Of a stretch of DNA of 64,000 bases, positions 10,258 through 22,748 are shown one piece after another. The stretch comes from Epithemia pelagica. Its lineage: Eukaryota > Protista > Bacillariophyta. Position 1 is the first letter of the stretch. Each line of letters starts with the position of its first letter. The notes below the pieces were generated by a model that was not told the DNA's origin, searched no databases, and worked only from the letters and a program-made list of their open reading frames with translations. The position numbers were made by a program, and so were the translations under genes. Location of the stretch: the NCBI GenBank assembly GCA_946965045.2, contig OX337236.1, forward strand, positions 682,001 to 746,000, given 5' to 3'.

Positions 10258-12453
10258 CTATTGCATTCCTCGCGCATATCCAATGGCCATGGTCAAGGTA
10301 CAGCTGAGAATAATGGGTGCGACGGCAAATTGCATGGCAATGACATTGGCAATGCCTTCCTTGGTATTGGATCCGGACAATTCCACCATGACCATGACAT
10401 TGTTGGCCGTCGGGGTCAAAAAGACAATGAGCAAGACGAGATAAAAGGCGGCATCAATGTCGTCGGGAATGTCCAAGATATAATTGTCCAAAATCCAGGC
10501 CAAGACAAAACCCATGGCGGGCATGACCATCATTTTTCCAATGACAATCCCAATCATGGTCTTGAAATCCAACAAGCCATCCTTGTCTTCTTTACTCATG
10601 GTCGCCACGGCTGTTTCGGAGGTACCACCACCACCACCATTGGACTTGTTGTTGTTGTTGTGGTTCTTGTGTTTGACGAGTTTGTTGTAGGAATTGGAGA
10701 GATTGCAGCCAAGAATAATCATATTGATGGGGACGGCCGTCAATCCAATGGAATACAAGCCATCAAACAACCATTCCAGGGGGGCATCGGCATCCCGATC
10801 CACGACATCGACAAACAAGCCTCGGGCCGGAGAAATGGCCACCAAAATACCCGTAATCGCCCCCACGACGGGTGGTTGCAAACATCGTTCGGCAATGTTG
10901 CGAAACGACGTCCAAATGGAATCCACCTTGTAGTGTTCGGAAAAACTAGGTGACGTGGATTCCGTGGCGGCGGGGGGAGGAGGAGCTTGGACGGTCCCAA
11001 TCGTCTTTTGCTGGTTGGTCGTCTTGCTATTGTTGTTGTGATTTCGTCGAAAGGGCAAGGACGAAAAATTGGCCGTACTGCCATACACCGTGGAGGATGG
11101 GGGACTGGTCGTCGTACTACTACTAGTCGTATACTGGGTCAAGAGGGGTTGTGTTTCCACGAGGGTATCCAACGATTCGTGGGGCGTCGTCGTTGTGGGT
11201 TCGGGGTCACTGCTGTGTGGCGGAGAATCGGGTGTTTCATCGTAGAGCAAAAAGGGTTCGGCCGCCGTCGTCGAATCTTCCGACGAGACATCGGTGGTGG
11301 GAGGAGATGGGGAGGACGTGGACGAGGTTCTCGTGGTAGTAGTTGTCGTGGTCGTATTGACTGCATGGGACGCGGATGCGGCAGCCACCTCGGGGACCGA
11401 CCGAGTCATGGCGGTGTTGGCGACATGCAATTGCTGTTGCTGTTGTTCTTCGAGAGTATTCAAATTGACTTCGGACAAGTACAAGCCTTCATCGGAACTG
11501 TACAATCCTTGTCGATGCCTTAAGTACTGTTCATCCAAACTCTTGTTGTTGAGGACATTGATTTTGAAGGAACTTCGTACCGAACGCATGCCCCGACGTG
11601 GAGGACTGGACGACAACGACGACGAGGCATCCACAAGGGGAACCATCAAGGTGCCATCGTCGAGTTGCTGTCCTTCTCCATCTCCCACCACCATTTCGGG
11701 AAGTTGCAACGATGTCAAGACGGCGGAACGGTCCTTATCATTATCGTCGTCGTGTGCCGTGGTCAAGACCGGTTCCGTGAGAATCGAGGTGGACACGGCC
11801 GATGGTTCGGGAGATGCGGGTAGGGAGGGCGCTTCTTTTTGGGTGGAAGGAACGACGGCTTGTTCGACATCATTACGATTCGTGTGGTTGGATTTGGACG
11901 ATGTGGGTGCCAGGAGCCATCCACCCAATCCCCATTGCAAGACTGGATAGAGCAAGAGGTAGACCGACAAGAAGAGCGTGGGATCGACTTGTCCCAATTC
12001 GGACGTTTTGGAAAAATTGGTATGGACGACCGTCAAGAGCGTAATGGGCAATCCGGTACTATTGCCAAAGGCCACGGCCGCCATGACGGATTTGCGTTGA
12101 TGGGGTGGCGTCCGACACAGGGACGAGACCACGTGTCCCACCAACAAGCCCAAGGAAACCAGAACAATGGGCCAAAAGACGAGAATCCATACTTGTCGAA
12201 GCGATCGTGTCACACTGGGACACGTCTCGGTACTCCAATCTTGATTGCAATAAATAATTTTGGTAAACAAAAAGAGGGGAAAGGTCACTTGTTGACTCAT
12301 CAAGGCCAACATGCGCTTGCCCGGTACGGAAATCAACCCCCGTTGATGCATGTAGGTACCGGCTGCTGCTAGAGTACAAGCCGTACCCACCGATCGAATT
12401 GAAGCCAAAAAGGTTTCATAGACAAAATCCCAAAAGGAGGCAGTGGACGACAT
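10258..12453 (-). CDS. PILS-like: PIN-LIKES (PILS)/AEC-family membrane transporter, about 731 aa, with a very long central hydrophilic loop
   Basis: N-terminal TM bundle with QQVTFPLFLFTKI and AFGNSTGLPITLL; C-terminal bundle with LQPPVVGAITG, AVPINMIILGCNL, GKMMVMP, FLTPTANNVMVM. Likely start MSSTASFW at 12453. Confidence 0.85.
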   Translation of the reverse strand: MSSTASFWDFVYETFLASIRSVGTACTLAAAGTYMHQRGLISVPGKRMLALMSQQVTFPLFLFTKIIYCNQDWSTETCPSVTRSLRQVWILVFWPIVLVSLGLLVGHVVSSLCRTPPHQRKSVMAAVAFGNSTGLPITLLTVVHTNFSKTSELGQVDPTLFLSVYLLLYPVLQWGLGGWLLAPTSSKSNHTNRNDVEQAVVPSTQKEAPSLPASPEPSAVSTSILTEPVLTTAHDDDNDKDRSAVLTSLQLPEMVVGDGEGQQLDDGTLMVPLVDASSSLSSSPPRRGMRSVRSSFKINVLNNKSLDEQYLRHRQGLYSSDEGLYLSEVNLNTLEEQQQQQLHVANTAMTRSVPEVAAASASHAVNTTTTTTTTRTSSTSSPSPPTTDVSSEDSTTAAEPFLLYDETPDSPPHSSDPEPTTTTPHESLDTLVETQPLLTQYTTSSSTTTSPPSSTVYGSTANFSSLPFRRNHNNNSKTTNQQKTIGTVQAPPPPAATESTSPSFSEHYKVDSIWTSFRNIAERCLQPPVVGAITGILVAISPARGLFVDVVDRDADAPLEWLFDGLYSIGLTAVPINMIILGCNLSNSYNKLVKHKNHNNNNKSNGGGGGTSETAVATMSKEDKDGLLDFKTMIGIVIGKMMVMPAMGFVLAWILDNYILDIPDDIDAAFYLVLLIVFLTPTANNVMVMVELSGSNTKEGIANVIAMQFAVAPIILSCTLTMAIGYARGMQ

Positions 12454-12756
12454 TTTTTGGTGTGTGATTGTGAGGATGTATGTATACAGAATCCGTTGAA
12501 CGCGTTTGAAAAGACTGGATGAGTTGGTTCGTGAATCCACTGGGTGGTCTTGTTGTTGTTCTTGAGGGTAGGTGCGGTCAATCGATCCGTTGAGGAAACC
12601 AGTGCACCAGAAAGCAGTAATACAGCTATTCCAATATCCAATAGAATCGGAATGTCCAACGCACAAAAGCGAATTGGAGGAGAGGCAGAACGAAAGAGTC
12701 TGAATCAAAAGGATGTGATCACGAACGCCGCTGGAATGATCAGGAACCACAGCAGT

Positions 12757-12792
12757 CTTCTTCTTCTTCTTCTTCTTCTTCTTCTTCTTCTT
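12757..12792. repeat. (CTT)12 microsatellite followed by GGTGC
   Basis: Read directly from the sequence. Confidence 0.95.
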
Positions 12793-13714
12793 GGTGCAAA
12801 GACGTATGCGCGTGTAATGTGTGTGTGTGTGTGATGGATTGGCCACCACGAAAAAAAAGCGAGGACACAATCCAAAGAAGAACAAAGGATGATGATGGTC
12901 GTAAAGTTTTTTCTTATTGTGTTGTGACGGTGGAAGTTCGCACGTCCGCAACATAAAGATGGTGCTCTCTCGATTCGTAACAGCAACGCGAGAACGCAAA
13001 GAAACAGCGTGCGTGCGAATGCGTTGGTCTGCTTCCGGGCTCGTGCCGAATGTCCAAAGTCATTGCCACCAGCTGTGCCGAGAGAGAAGCCCCGATGTCT
13101 TTTCCGTGTCCTGTTTCGGGTAGTCAATGGATTGGTATGTCGCATACGACATCCTGGACAGATGTGGCGAAGCCTGGACCCAATCCGAGAGCGCGAAGAT
13201 GACGTCACATGGATTTCAGTCGCGCTTTCAAGATACGGAATAGTACAGTTCGACCCATACTGGATCATGGAAGATTCATGGAGGAATCTTTGATCCCGTT
13301 TTTGTGGGACTCGCTTCCCGGAAGCTCGTCACGACTGCATCGAGCGGGATCGAACTACCACAAATCATTCGAGATTAAGAGTCAATCCAGCAAGGTAGCT
13401 ATGACAGTACTACCAAGTGGCTCCATCGTTTTGGAGAAGCAGAACATATTTTCGCCTGAGAATGATTACCACTGGGGTTTTCCTCCAACGAAATCTTTGC
13501 TGCCAACCGATACAACTCCATCCCTCCATGGCAGCAATGATCGGTTCTTCGACTCCAACACCTTCAACAAACACAAGAAGGTGAACTGAACCCAGGATTA
13601 TTCGTTTCGAAAACCAGTGCCACAGTCTTGATCCAATCGGCCTTTTCCCCTCCTCCGATCCATCCAACGAGTTTCGGTTATTGTTTGTGTTTGAAATAAT
13701 CCGGACACTGAACA

Positions 13715-16700
13715 ATGCCTCGCAATTCGCATCGCGAGCGTGTGGACGATGGCGACGATGGCGTCTCGGGTCCACCAAGTCGATTGCAAAATGTCGCCGC
13801 CGCGCAAAAGGCGCAAGTGGCCGCCAAGCGCAAAAAAATTGCCGCGGGCAAAGCCTCCAGCAGCAACACCAAATCCAACAACACTACCAATAATTCGGAC
13901 GATCAAGATTTGGAACATTTGGAGCAACGCTTGAATGACGAAGTCGATGAAGATTTGTTTGAAGAACCGCGACGATTTCAAACCTTGCCCCGTGTCATTG
14001 ATGTCTTGGGCGTGCAAATGATTGACGATGCCACGCAGGCCAACAATACGAGTAATATGGGTCAAAATCCAGCCTATCAACAATTAAAGACCCAGCAGAC
14101 GGTCGTGGAAGCCGCCATTGAACACATGGCTGTCATTCATTGTGCCAATTTAAATGCCTCGGTCATCTCCGTAGGACGGGTGGCCCGACAATTTAGTGAT
14201 GCCGTCGATAAAGTACGACAATTGCGCAAACAAGTACGAGACATTCAAGATTCCTTGGGACCCACCAACAACAATAACAATACTGCCAACAACAATAGCA
14301 ACAAGGCCATGGCCAATCCCAACGAACCCGCCAGTGGTGCAGGGAATAATGCCGCTGCCATGTCCCTACGAGAATTGTGGCTCAAAAAGTTGGAATGCGA
14401 AGCCACCTTGTCCTTGCTCGACAAGCTTGATGTGATTCGGGCGGCACCGGCCCGCTTTGACGAATACATGAAAAAATCACGCATTGGAGCCGCTGTTTTG
14501 GCCGTCAGTCAAGCCTTGGAAACCATGTTTCGCAACGATGTCGCACAAGTACAGGCCTTGCACAAGATTATGGAACAATTAATGATTCGCAAACAAACGG
14601 CCGAAGAAATTGTCTGGGACACCCTCATGGATGTCTTGTTTTTGCGGACCGGCAATGGCTTGAAAACCACCTCCGTCTTGCAATCTCGCATGTTGCGATC
14701 GTCGGCGGCCGCCGCCGCGACGTCGTCGGATGACTATGTCAGTGGCAATGCCAGTGTGACCGCGCACAGTGTTTCCTCCGAATCACGGCATCGATCTTCC
14801 GTGGCGGGTGGTACCGCCACAGCCACGACGGCGGCTACCACCACCAATCCTTCCACCACCACCTCGACCGGTGGTACGACAGCCGTCGTGGCCAATGGCA
14901 TGGTCAATCCCTTTTTGTCGCAAATTTTTCGATTTGCCACGGTCGTCGATGGAACTCCCATGGGACAAGAGGGAGATGACGACGATACGGTCGCGTCCGA
15001 TCAGTCCCATGCCTCCCTCTTTTCCATTGAAGGCGAAGTGGATGCCGCCGCAACCACGGGCGACGACGAAAAATCCAAGACGGCGGCGAGTAGTAAAACG
15101 ACGGCAGCGTCCACCAAGAAACGTCGTTTGTTAATTCCCATTCCCATGATTGAAGCCGAATTGGATTTGGAAAATGATGAACGTCGTGTTCAAGAAGAAA
15201 TTGCCCTCAGTGGCATGGCCACGCAATCCTCTCTGACACACAATCGTTTTGGTGGTGCCATGACCAGTGCCTCGACTGCCGGAGGTGGCAGTGCCACGGC
15301 CGGACGGCCTCAACCACATCATCATCGATGGGCCTTGCCCCGATATGGGGATCATGTGTTGGGATTGCGCATTTTGGTCGAATGCGTGGCCTTTTTGAAA
15401 CGCATGGATGACGTGGAACGACATGTCGCCGAACAAGTAGCGGCGGAAATTCGATTTCTCGTCCAACAAGAACAGGCCCGAACCTTTGCCCGCATGGAAC
15501 AACAACAGCAACAACAAGCGTCCTCGTCCGTCCATCATCATAGTAGGGTAGCGACAGTGAGTGGAGATCCCGTGCAAGTTAGTATGCGAGAATTTCGACG
15601 CCATTTGACCGGACTCTTGTCCGCCTTTGGATCCGTCTTGTTGCGATTGTCCCATTTGGCACAAATTTTACGATTCCGAATTGTACGTACCACAAAAACC
15701 TGAGACGATATTCCAGAACAGAAATGTTCCAATCTAACCTGGACTTTTTGCCCTTTATGTCGTCATTGTTCTTGACAGAGTGCGGATCGTGAGCTGATGC
15801 AAAAGATAGAGTCCCCGGCGTCGGTTATGCGATCTGTTATTTCATCTTCCATGGTGTTGATGCAACAAGAAATCAAGGCCTTTTTGCAAGCCTGTATCAA
15901 GGAACCAGAACAGGGCAGCGCCTCCGCCATGGAAAGTGCGGTGCGTCAATCGGCCGAAGTGGGTGGATTCTTTTCCTTGGGTGTCATTGAAGATCCCAAG
16001 GGCGAAAGTGAAGCGGCCAAATTGGCCACGGCCACGCGAAGCAATGTCATGGAAATGCCTACAGCACGATTCACCTCTAGTGTCTTGTTTTCGAAAACCA
16101 AAACCGCACCACAAGCACGCAATGCCCTAGCCTTTCGAAGAATGATTGCTCGCTGGACGGCGGAAACAGATGCCCTCAAACAAGAATTGGCCTTTTGGAC
16201 GGGGGAAGATCCATCGTCGCCTGCCTTCAAGACGCCAGCCAAGGAAGATGGTGCCCTTGCATTTTTGGATAAGGTGATTCAGAAAGATTTGTTGCCTGCC
16301 ATGCAAGAAGAAGCCGTCAATGGCACTGTTTTGGGTTTGGAAAGACGAGATGCCTTTGATCCAGTTCTGGACCGAGCCGTCTACAGTCGACCCAATTCCA
16401 ATGAGCCACAAGACGTTGACATGTGCATTGCTTGCCAGTCCGTTTATGTCTCGACTGGACCTCTCTTTTTGGCGCTGCACCGTCTTCCTCGTGGTGGAGG
16501 GGAAATGTATCTTCCAGTTGTGGCTGTACTGGAACATGTTATGCTTACCTTTATTTCGCGGATCAAGCATCAAATGTCCAAGTTGTGTGAACAAAAGACG
16601 GCCAAAAAGCTGTTGGAGAAGGAACCCGGTAAACCATCGGCGTTGGCCATGGTGATGGAGAAACGACAACCTTTTGTGAAACTCATGCGGGCCTATGCGG

Positions 16701-17743
16701 ATGGGGACATGTTGGATGGGACAATATCCACTCCGGGCACTGGAGGCTCCAGTGCTAACAAACTCGCTCCACCCTCGGGTGATACACCGCGACAGGCCGG
16801 AGATGATGAAGCCAATCAAGTTTTGAATGAAGAGGTTGCTGATGGCGTGGACGGAGAAGAACTCTTAATGCAAAAGGAATTGGCAACTCTGAAACCCTAC
16901 TTTGATTTCACCAATGACAAGGTGGCGGCCGAGATTAAGATATGTACGGATGAAGAATTGATGAAGGCAGAGGCATTGGCACACAGTTTACTCAAGGTTT
17001 CGAGTTTGTTGGAAAGTCGGCTCAAGGTACGCAACCACGGCAGTAGTTATCAGAAGCCCTTGACGTCCACGCGAGCGTTGCGAGAGGCAATCAAGAGCGT
17101 ACTTCAAAGTGGATTGCACATGGCCAAGTTCTGTCGCCTCGACTTGTTGTTACAGACAGTGACACGCCTGGCCAAGGTTAGCAAAAGTTCAACCTTGGTG
17201 GCCCGTGATGCCGTACGAATTCCTAGCTCAGTCAATGATTTGGGCGAATACTTGACGGGGGCCAGCGACAACCTCCGAGAGGCTGCAGGCAATGCTGTAA
17301 CCGCGTACGCCTTCTCGTCGCTGGAGCAGTACATTCCCTTCTGTTTGATGCAGACAGTCCGTGTTGTCGCTCAGGGCCAAGGTATCATTCAAAAAGCTCC
17401 CCTGACCATGAATGGTATTGAAGCGATGGATCGGAGTGGAAGTGTCTTGTACCGTGATTTGAAGGGCGCGACCGCCTTTGACAATTCCTATTGGGACGTT
17501 GATTTGGCAGCCATCTCGTTTGAACGTTCAGCCAGTTTCATGGCTTTGATGGAGTTGGAAATGGAAGAGCTGGTAGCTTATTACAATGCCAATCCTACGG
17601 ACTTTGATCCGGCTGATTTTGAACTCATGTTCTCCATGACCGGGCCGCGGCGACAAGGTGACGTTGGGCGTTTCCACATGATGAACCGAGGACGTTCGTC
17701 GGGTGGCGGCTCATCTTCGAAACGTAAAAAGGAAAAGCGATAG
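13715..17743 (+). CDS. SEC8: Exocyst complex component Sec8/EXOC4-like, about 1310 aa; exons 13715-15682 and 15779-17743
   Basis: Sec8-like N-terminal region (LNASVISVGRVARQFSDAVDKVRQLRKQV...LRELW...TLSLLDKLDVIRAAPARFDEYM). A 96-nt GTACGT...CAG intron joins the two long ORFs in frame. Confidence 0.75.
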
Positions 17744-18042
17744 ACTCTTCATGGTACGTCGTTATACTTATTGGGTATCGCTGCTGAGCACCGAGGAAAG
17801 ACGAATACTTTTGTGTTTAATGGATCGATAGGACTGAAACTTGATGTCGAGAATCGCATTGAATTGAACTGACCTCGAAGTAATGGTAGTCCGTAGGTCT
17901 TGCGGACTCGATATCTTATCTCAGACATTGTTTTGTTTCATCTCAGATGTCTGTACACTCGCTACAATCGAAATATCAAACTGAGGTGAGTGTTGTGAGA
18001 GTAGCATCGTTTTCCGAACCGATTTGGCCGACGGAAATCAAT

Positions 18043-18133
18043 GAAATATGTGATGATCCCAAAAAACAAACACTTATTCTACACCACTGACTGTTGGTGA
18101 GGACACAATTCATTACGAGTAGCCTGATGTTTC
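18043..18133 (+). ncRNA. Box C/D snoRNA guiding LSU rRNA 2'-O-methylation
   Basis: Box C GTGATGA 18050-18056, D' CTGA 18087-18090, C' GTGAGGA 18097-18103, D CTGA 18124-18127 and terminal stem GAAATA/TGTTTC. The segment 18071-18085 (CACTTATTCTACACC) is complementary to the conserved LSU segment GGUGUAGAAUAAGUG (recalled from yeast/eukaryotic LSU). Confidence 0.85.
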
Positions 18134-18502
18134 CTTTCGTCGGTCCTGTCGCTTCTTGATCAAATGAGGAATCCACTGGTCTTATGCATATCCGGCCTTA
18201 CCCTTCATTGTTGTATCCTCTGCAGAGTTGTCCTTATATCAGGTTCTTCTGTTTGGTTTCTCTTTGTATGGACTCGCTCGCAGAACGCATCTGGCTTAAT
18301 AATTTCGAGAAGGGAACCTTGTTAGAAGCTCTACTCTAGACCACATATCTGCTATTGTCATTAATCTTTTTCTACTACTTTCTGCACGCTAAATGGTAAG
18401 ACCACATGTTCAATTCTGCACCGATTTGCATCGCTCAAGTGTCTTACGTTTCGATTGTTAACACAGTTGTATATCAATAGTGACGGCCCGATTGTAATTA
18501 GC

Positions 18503-21500
18503 TTAGTCTCCTCCTTTGCCGTATCGGGGTCGCCAGAGTCCATGAATGCCATGGGAAACACAAGAGTTTGGCGCAGCAATCTTTGCCGTCATGGTTTTGG
18601 CATCGCGGAATTCGGATCCATAGGTAATTTCCGATACATCGCACGGAAAGACACCCGACTGCACATCATTGTGCGAGAACAAGGAACTATCATCCGCCAT
18701 GTGGGCAGTCCTACTGGAATCAACATGGTACTTGCTGGCATCATACTCCATCCTGGGCAAAACTTGCTGCTCAAGTAGTGTTTTGCGAAAGAAGGACCGA
18801 TCCTGTGTCTTGTTCTTGTTGTCACCACCCGAGTTGTGCTTTTCTGCATTGGTCATGGTGGCAGTACTCCGCCGAATGGGCAGTGCTGCAACATCGTCAC
18901 CCACACTTGCTTGCGGTGCAGTGGACCGACCAAACAAGTGAAACAGAAAAGACGAGGAAGAACTTGTTTGACGACGCTGCAAGTTGGAAGGCGGTGGAAC
19001 ACAAGTCTCGAGAGAAGAATCCACAGCGCCGGGCTGGGCAGTGTCGTGGTTCCATGGTCCCGTTTCTTCCGGAGGGAGCAGTAAATGATCGTCCATGGTT
19101 AACTTGGACAACTGGCTGGTCAACATCTTGGTGGTGGTGGAAGGAGCCGATTCGAGAATTGCCGTGATTTCGTCGACATTGCTGGTGAAACACGAAGGCT
19201 TTGAGTCACCGGACGAGGCCGTTGACGATGCTTCATCTCCAACCTCTGCCGGATGAGTGGTCCATGTCGTCATCTCTGGCCGGGTGTCATTACTACGCGC
19301 CACCACATTTTCTTGTTGGTAGATCGGTCGTTCTTGTCTGTCGACCGGTGACTTAGTGGAAGAAGGAATTCCGGGAGTCCAATCAAAGTGTCCATCAAAT
19401 ACCACTGGAATGGGTGTCGTAGCGGTGGTTCCTTCGGCAACTGCAGCTGCTGTTTGGATGGAATCCATTTGCCGGAGCTGCTCGACACTCATATAGGGTA
19501 GAATGGTTTCCAATACATGATTGGGTTCGGCTCCAAAATCATGACGATGCCAGGCCAACAAGGCTGGCACGACCACGACCCCACGAGGAGAAAAAGAAGA
19601 CGATACTTGTCCTGCACTGGAAGCTGACGTACGATTGAGAGCATGATCCTGAATGGTAGTGCCACTGGAGGAGGAAACCAGGACACGAACATGGGTGCGG
19701 ACATAGTCTTGGACTGCTGCTTCCAATCCTTCATTGAGTTGATCGGGGTACAAGGTGGACACACGGGGAGAGGACTTGGTTCCCCAGGTTGTGGCCATGA
19801 GGAGTCGTGGATCATTGCAAATAATGGGAGACGTGAAACAGACATTGGTTCCATGTTCCAATACGGCACCCGTGGCGGAACAGCGACAAGCGGAGGTGGG
19901 ATTCCGAAACCGGAACCATCGACGGAGACGTGAGGAAAAGGATCGTCGTTGGCGTGGTTGGTTGGATGCTTCCTGCGTCAGTGGTGACTCCACGTACGCA
20001 GCCAATTGTGGAGAGGGAGGAAGGCTTGATCCCATGGTCGAACCATGCTGCTGCTGTTGTTGTCCTTGTCCCATGTCATTTGTATTGCGTGGAGCTCCAT
20101 ACAAACACTTTTGTAGATAGGCCAAGGACATGAACATGCCACCCACATTGTATCCAATTTGGTGAAAAAACTCATCTTGCAAACCAGTCATGGAGTGTGG
20201 CCACAAGTTGGTCACATGGGCCACCCACAAGTTTGGTGGTACGGCGGTCGGCGGTCCTTCTTCTTGTTCACGATGTTGCGAGGAATGGGCTGTTTGTCCG
20301 GCCACGGCCAGAATCATGGCATGTCGAACGATGCAATTGAAGAGATTAATGAGAAAGGCGACACGTTCCATTTTGTGTTGGGGAAGACTCAACACTTGCA
20401 ATTGACAGCAGGCCACTTCATAGTCTTGAAAGAGACGGGAGTTGTACAGATCCTGCTCTTGTGCTGCTGCTGCTGTGTTGTCAGTGTCACGAGCCGCAGT
20501 ACTACTGCAAATATCATCCATGAGACGAGACAAGTGCAACAAGACATGCATGGGATCCCGGGCCAATTTGTTGTTCTGGATGGTTTTGCGGGGCTCTTTT
20601 GGTTGTGCCAGAGTACTAGTACTTGTTATTGGATAGGAATTGGTCTCGACCGGCCATTGCACCAAGGAATTCAAGACATGGGGTTCCTTGAGAGGCTGTA
20701 AGACGAGAAAAAACTTGGAAAAGTCTGCAACAGCAACAACAACAAGAATCGAATAAATGATCCATGAGGCTTGGTTCCGCAGGCAGTGGTTCCATAGAGC
20801 AGCGCTCTCGGTAGGAAAATGTACCCGATCCAACATGGCAATGGATGATACGTACCCGTGACATTGGGTGTATAATTGTGGACAATGCCCCGTTCCACGA
20901 GCAATTGACCAAAGGCTTCCAAATCGGCCACGGACGGTGTCCTCTTCGTTATCGAAGAAGTGGTGGTAGCATGGTGGTGGTGGGACGACGGTTCCTCGGC
21001 TCCAGCGTCGTTCCAACCAGAGGAGGGGGAGGCAGCAAACAAGACACGCCACCAGTGCAATCCCTCGGCACCCCGAAAGGAATAGACTGGATCACCGGTT
21101 CCGGGATGAATGCGAATTTCATGGGGAAGGACTGTAATATAGAATATGTGCAGAGAGAGGAGCATACGTTATGCAGAAAAGAAGCATGGGAAGGAGAATG
21201 AGAGTGTTGCCTCCCCAAGACTCGAGTTTGGTATCACACGCTCTGGGTGTTTTAAATTCCAGTATGGAGAGCAGCTCTTGTGTACGTACCTTGCAACAAG
21301 AGTCGCGTCAAGGCGGCGACCGTGACATGCTTACCGTTGGGCAAGGGAACCAGGGGCAACAACAATGCTTGGCGTTGCACCCACAAGCAAGAGGATGAAA
21401 CAGTCACTTTTCCTGCAGAAAAAGAGGGGGATGCACCTTGCACCACTGTCGAGTGGTGAAAGGCTTGTGATGGTTCTTCGTCATGGGGGGTTTGAGTACT

Positions 21501-22748
21501 TTTGCTAGTGGTGGAAGTGGACGATGGAGATAGTGTGGTGGGAAATTGTACAGGAGTTGGGTCCATGTCTGGCCCAGTTTCCTGTTCCTCCTCTTCTTCT
21601 TCTTCTTCTTCACTTTCGTCGTCTAGCGAGATTCCTGAAAAGGGTCGTCCTTTCTCATTTGGGTCATTCATCATGGCCAACAATTCCGAAGCACTGTTGC
21701 GGCGATGCGCCTTGTGATGCTTGGTAGTGGCATTGCTCCGAGGAGGAATGGGAGTGTTGGTGCTGTTCAAGGTGGCCAGACTGGTACCCCACCAGACAAA
21801 GGAATCGTGGTCACGACCCACCAGCAACATGGGATGGGTATCCTTGGGGAATCGACGACGGTCGCTCGTCTTGTCGCCGTCCTCATTGTCGTTGTCCTCA
21901 TTGCCGTTGTCCTTGGTGGTTGTATTCTTGTGAGGAGTGCCGTCGACCAAATGACTGTCCCTTTGGTCGGGCAGGGTGGTGGCCCGTTGTGGGGTGGAAC
22001 TGCCAGGAGTACTTGGAGTACCGGGCGGATCCACGGTTCCCACCACAGTGACAGTCTTGTTGTTCTTGTTGTTGGAGGGCAAGGAGGACCTTGTGGAGCA
22101 TGTGGAGGAGGAAGACGATGATCCGGAACCATCATCTTGTGGTTGTTGTTGTGGAACAGTGGTCTCCACAAGAGCAGCCGATTCGTGGAGTCGTTGTTGC
22201 AATCGAGTCCACCAAAACGGATGCCTGGCTGGATCCATACCATGGCTGTCGGCCATTTCCTGGTTTGAATCATCATCCTGATTGGTGCTACTACTACTCG
22301 ACCAACCAAACCATTCCGAATCGTTCCACAAAATGCCTGGAACGGTAAAGTCGGCTCCAAATCGTTGCAACAATTGTGTATGATAATCTGTGGGCGCCAT
22401 CAAAAAAGGAAGCGAGAAAGAAAGAGACAAACAGACAGCGCGCGCAACCGTGGGTGAGACCCTGCAAGCCATACAAACTATAGTGGGCCTCGATCCAAAA
22501 GCCTCCGAGGACAGTTTCCTTGTCCTTTCTCTCATTGTGTCATCTCTCGTGTCGTCCACAACAAGAAACCTACCGGGACGTGCCGTCAAATCGACTTCCC
22601 GAAAACTAATGCCTTGAGTAGTCAACCAATCTCGAAGTTGATTGGATTCGGCATGACATTCCAACGAGGTGAACAATTCCACACGCATTGTGGGATCCGA
22701 GGACAAGAACAACGAGGGTGGACTTGTGGTCGTGGTCGTTGTTGTCAT
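18503..22748 (-). CDS. Glutaredoxin-like + DEP + DUF547 domain protein; exons approx. 22748-22574, 22387-21290, 21131-20856, 20724-18503
   Basis: Grx-like RVELFTSLECH...QGISFREVDL...TVPGILWND; DEP-like SFRGAEGLHWW...EAFGQLLVERGIVH; DUF547-like ERVAFLINLFN...DPRLLMATTWGTKSSP...PALLAWHRHDFG. Three GT-AG introns (186, 158, 131 nt) with matching phase 1. Confidence 0.8.

Noticed and set aside
12453-12999. 182-codon N-terminal extension of the PILS ORF including a poly-Lys run
   Set aside because: The poly-Lys is the antisense reading of a (CTT)n microsatellite, and homology starts at MSSTASFW; most likely 5' UTR or promoter.
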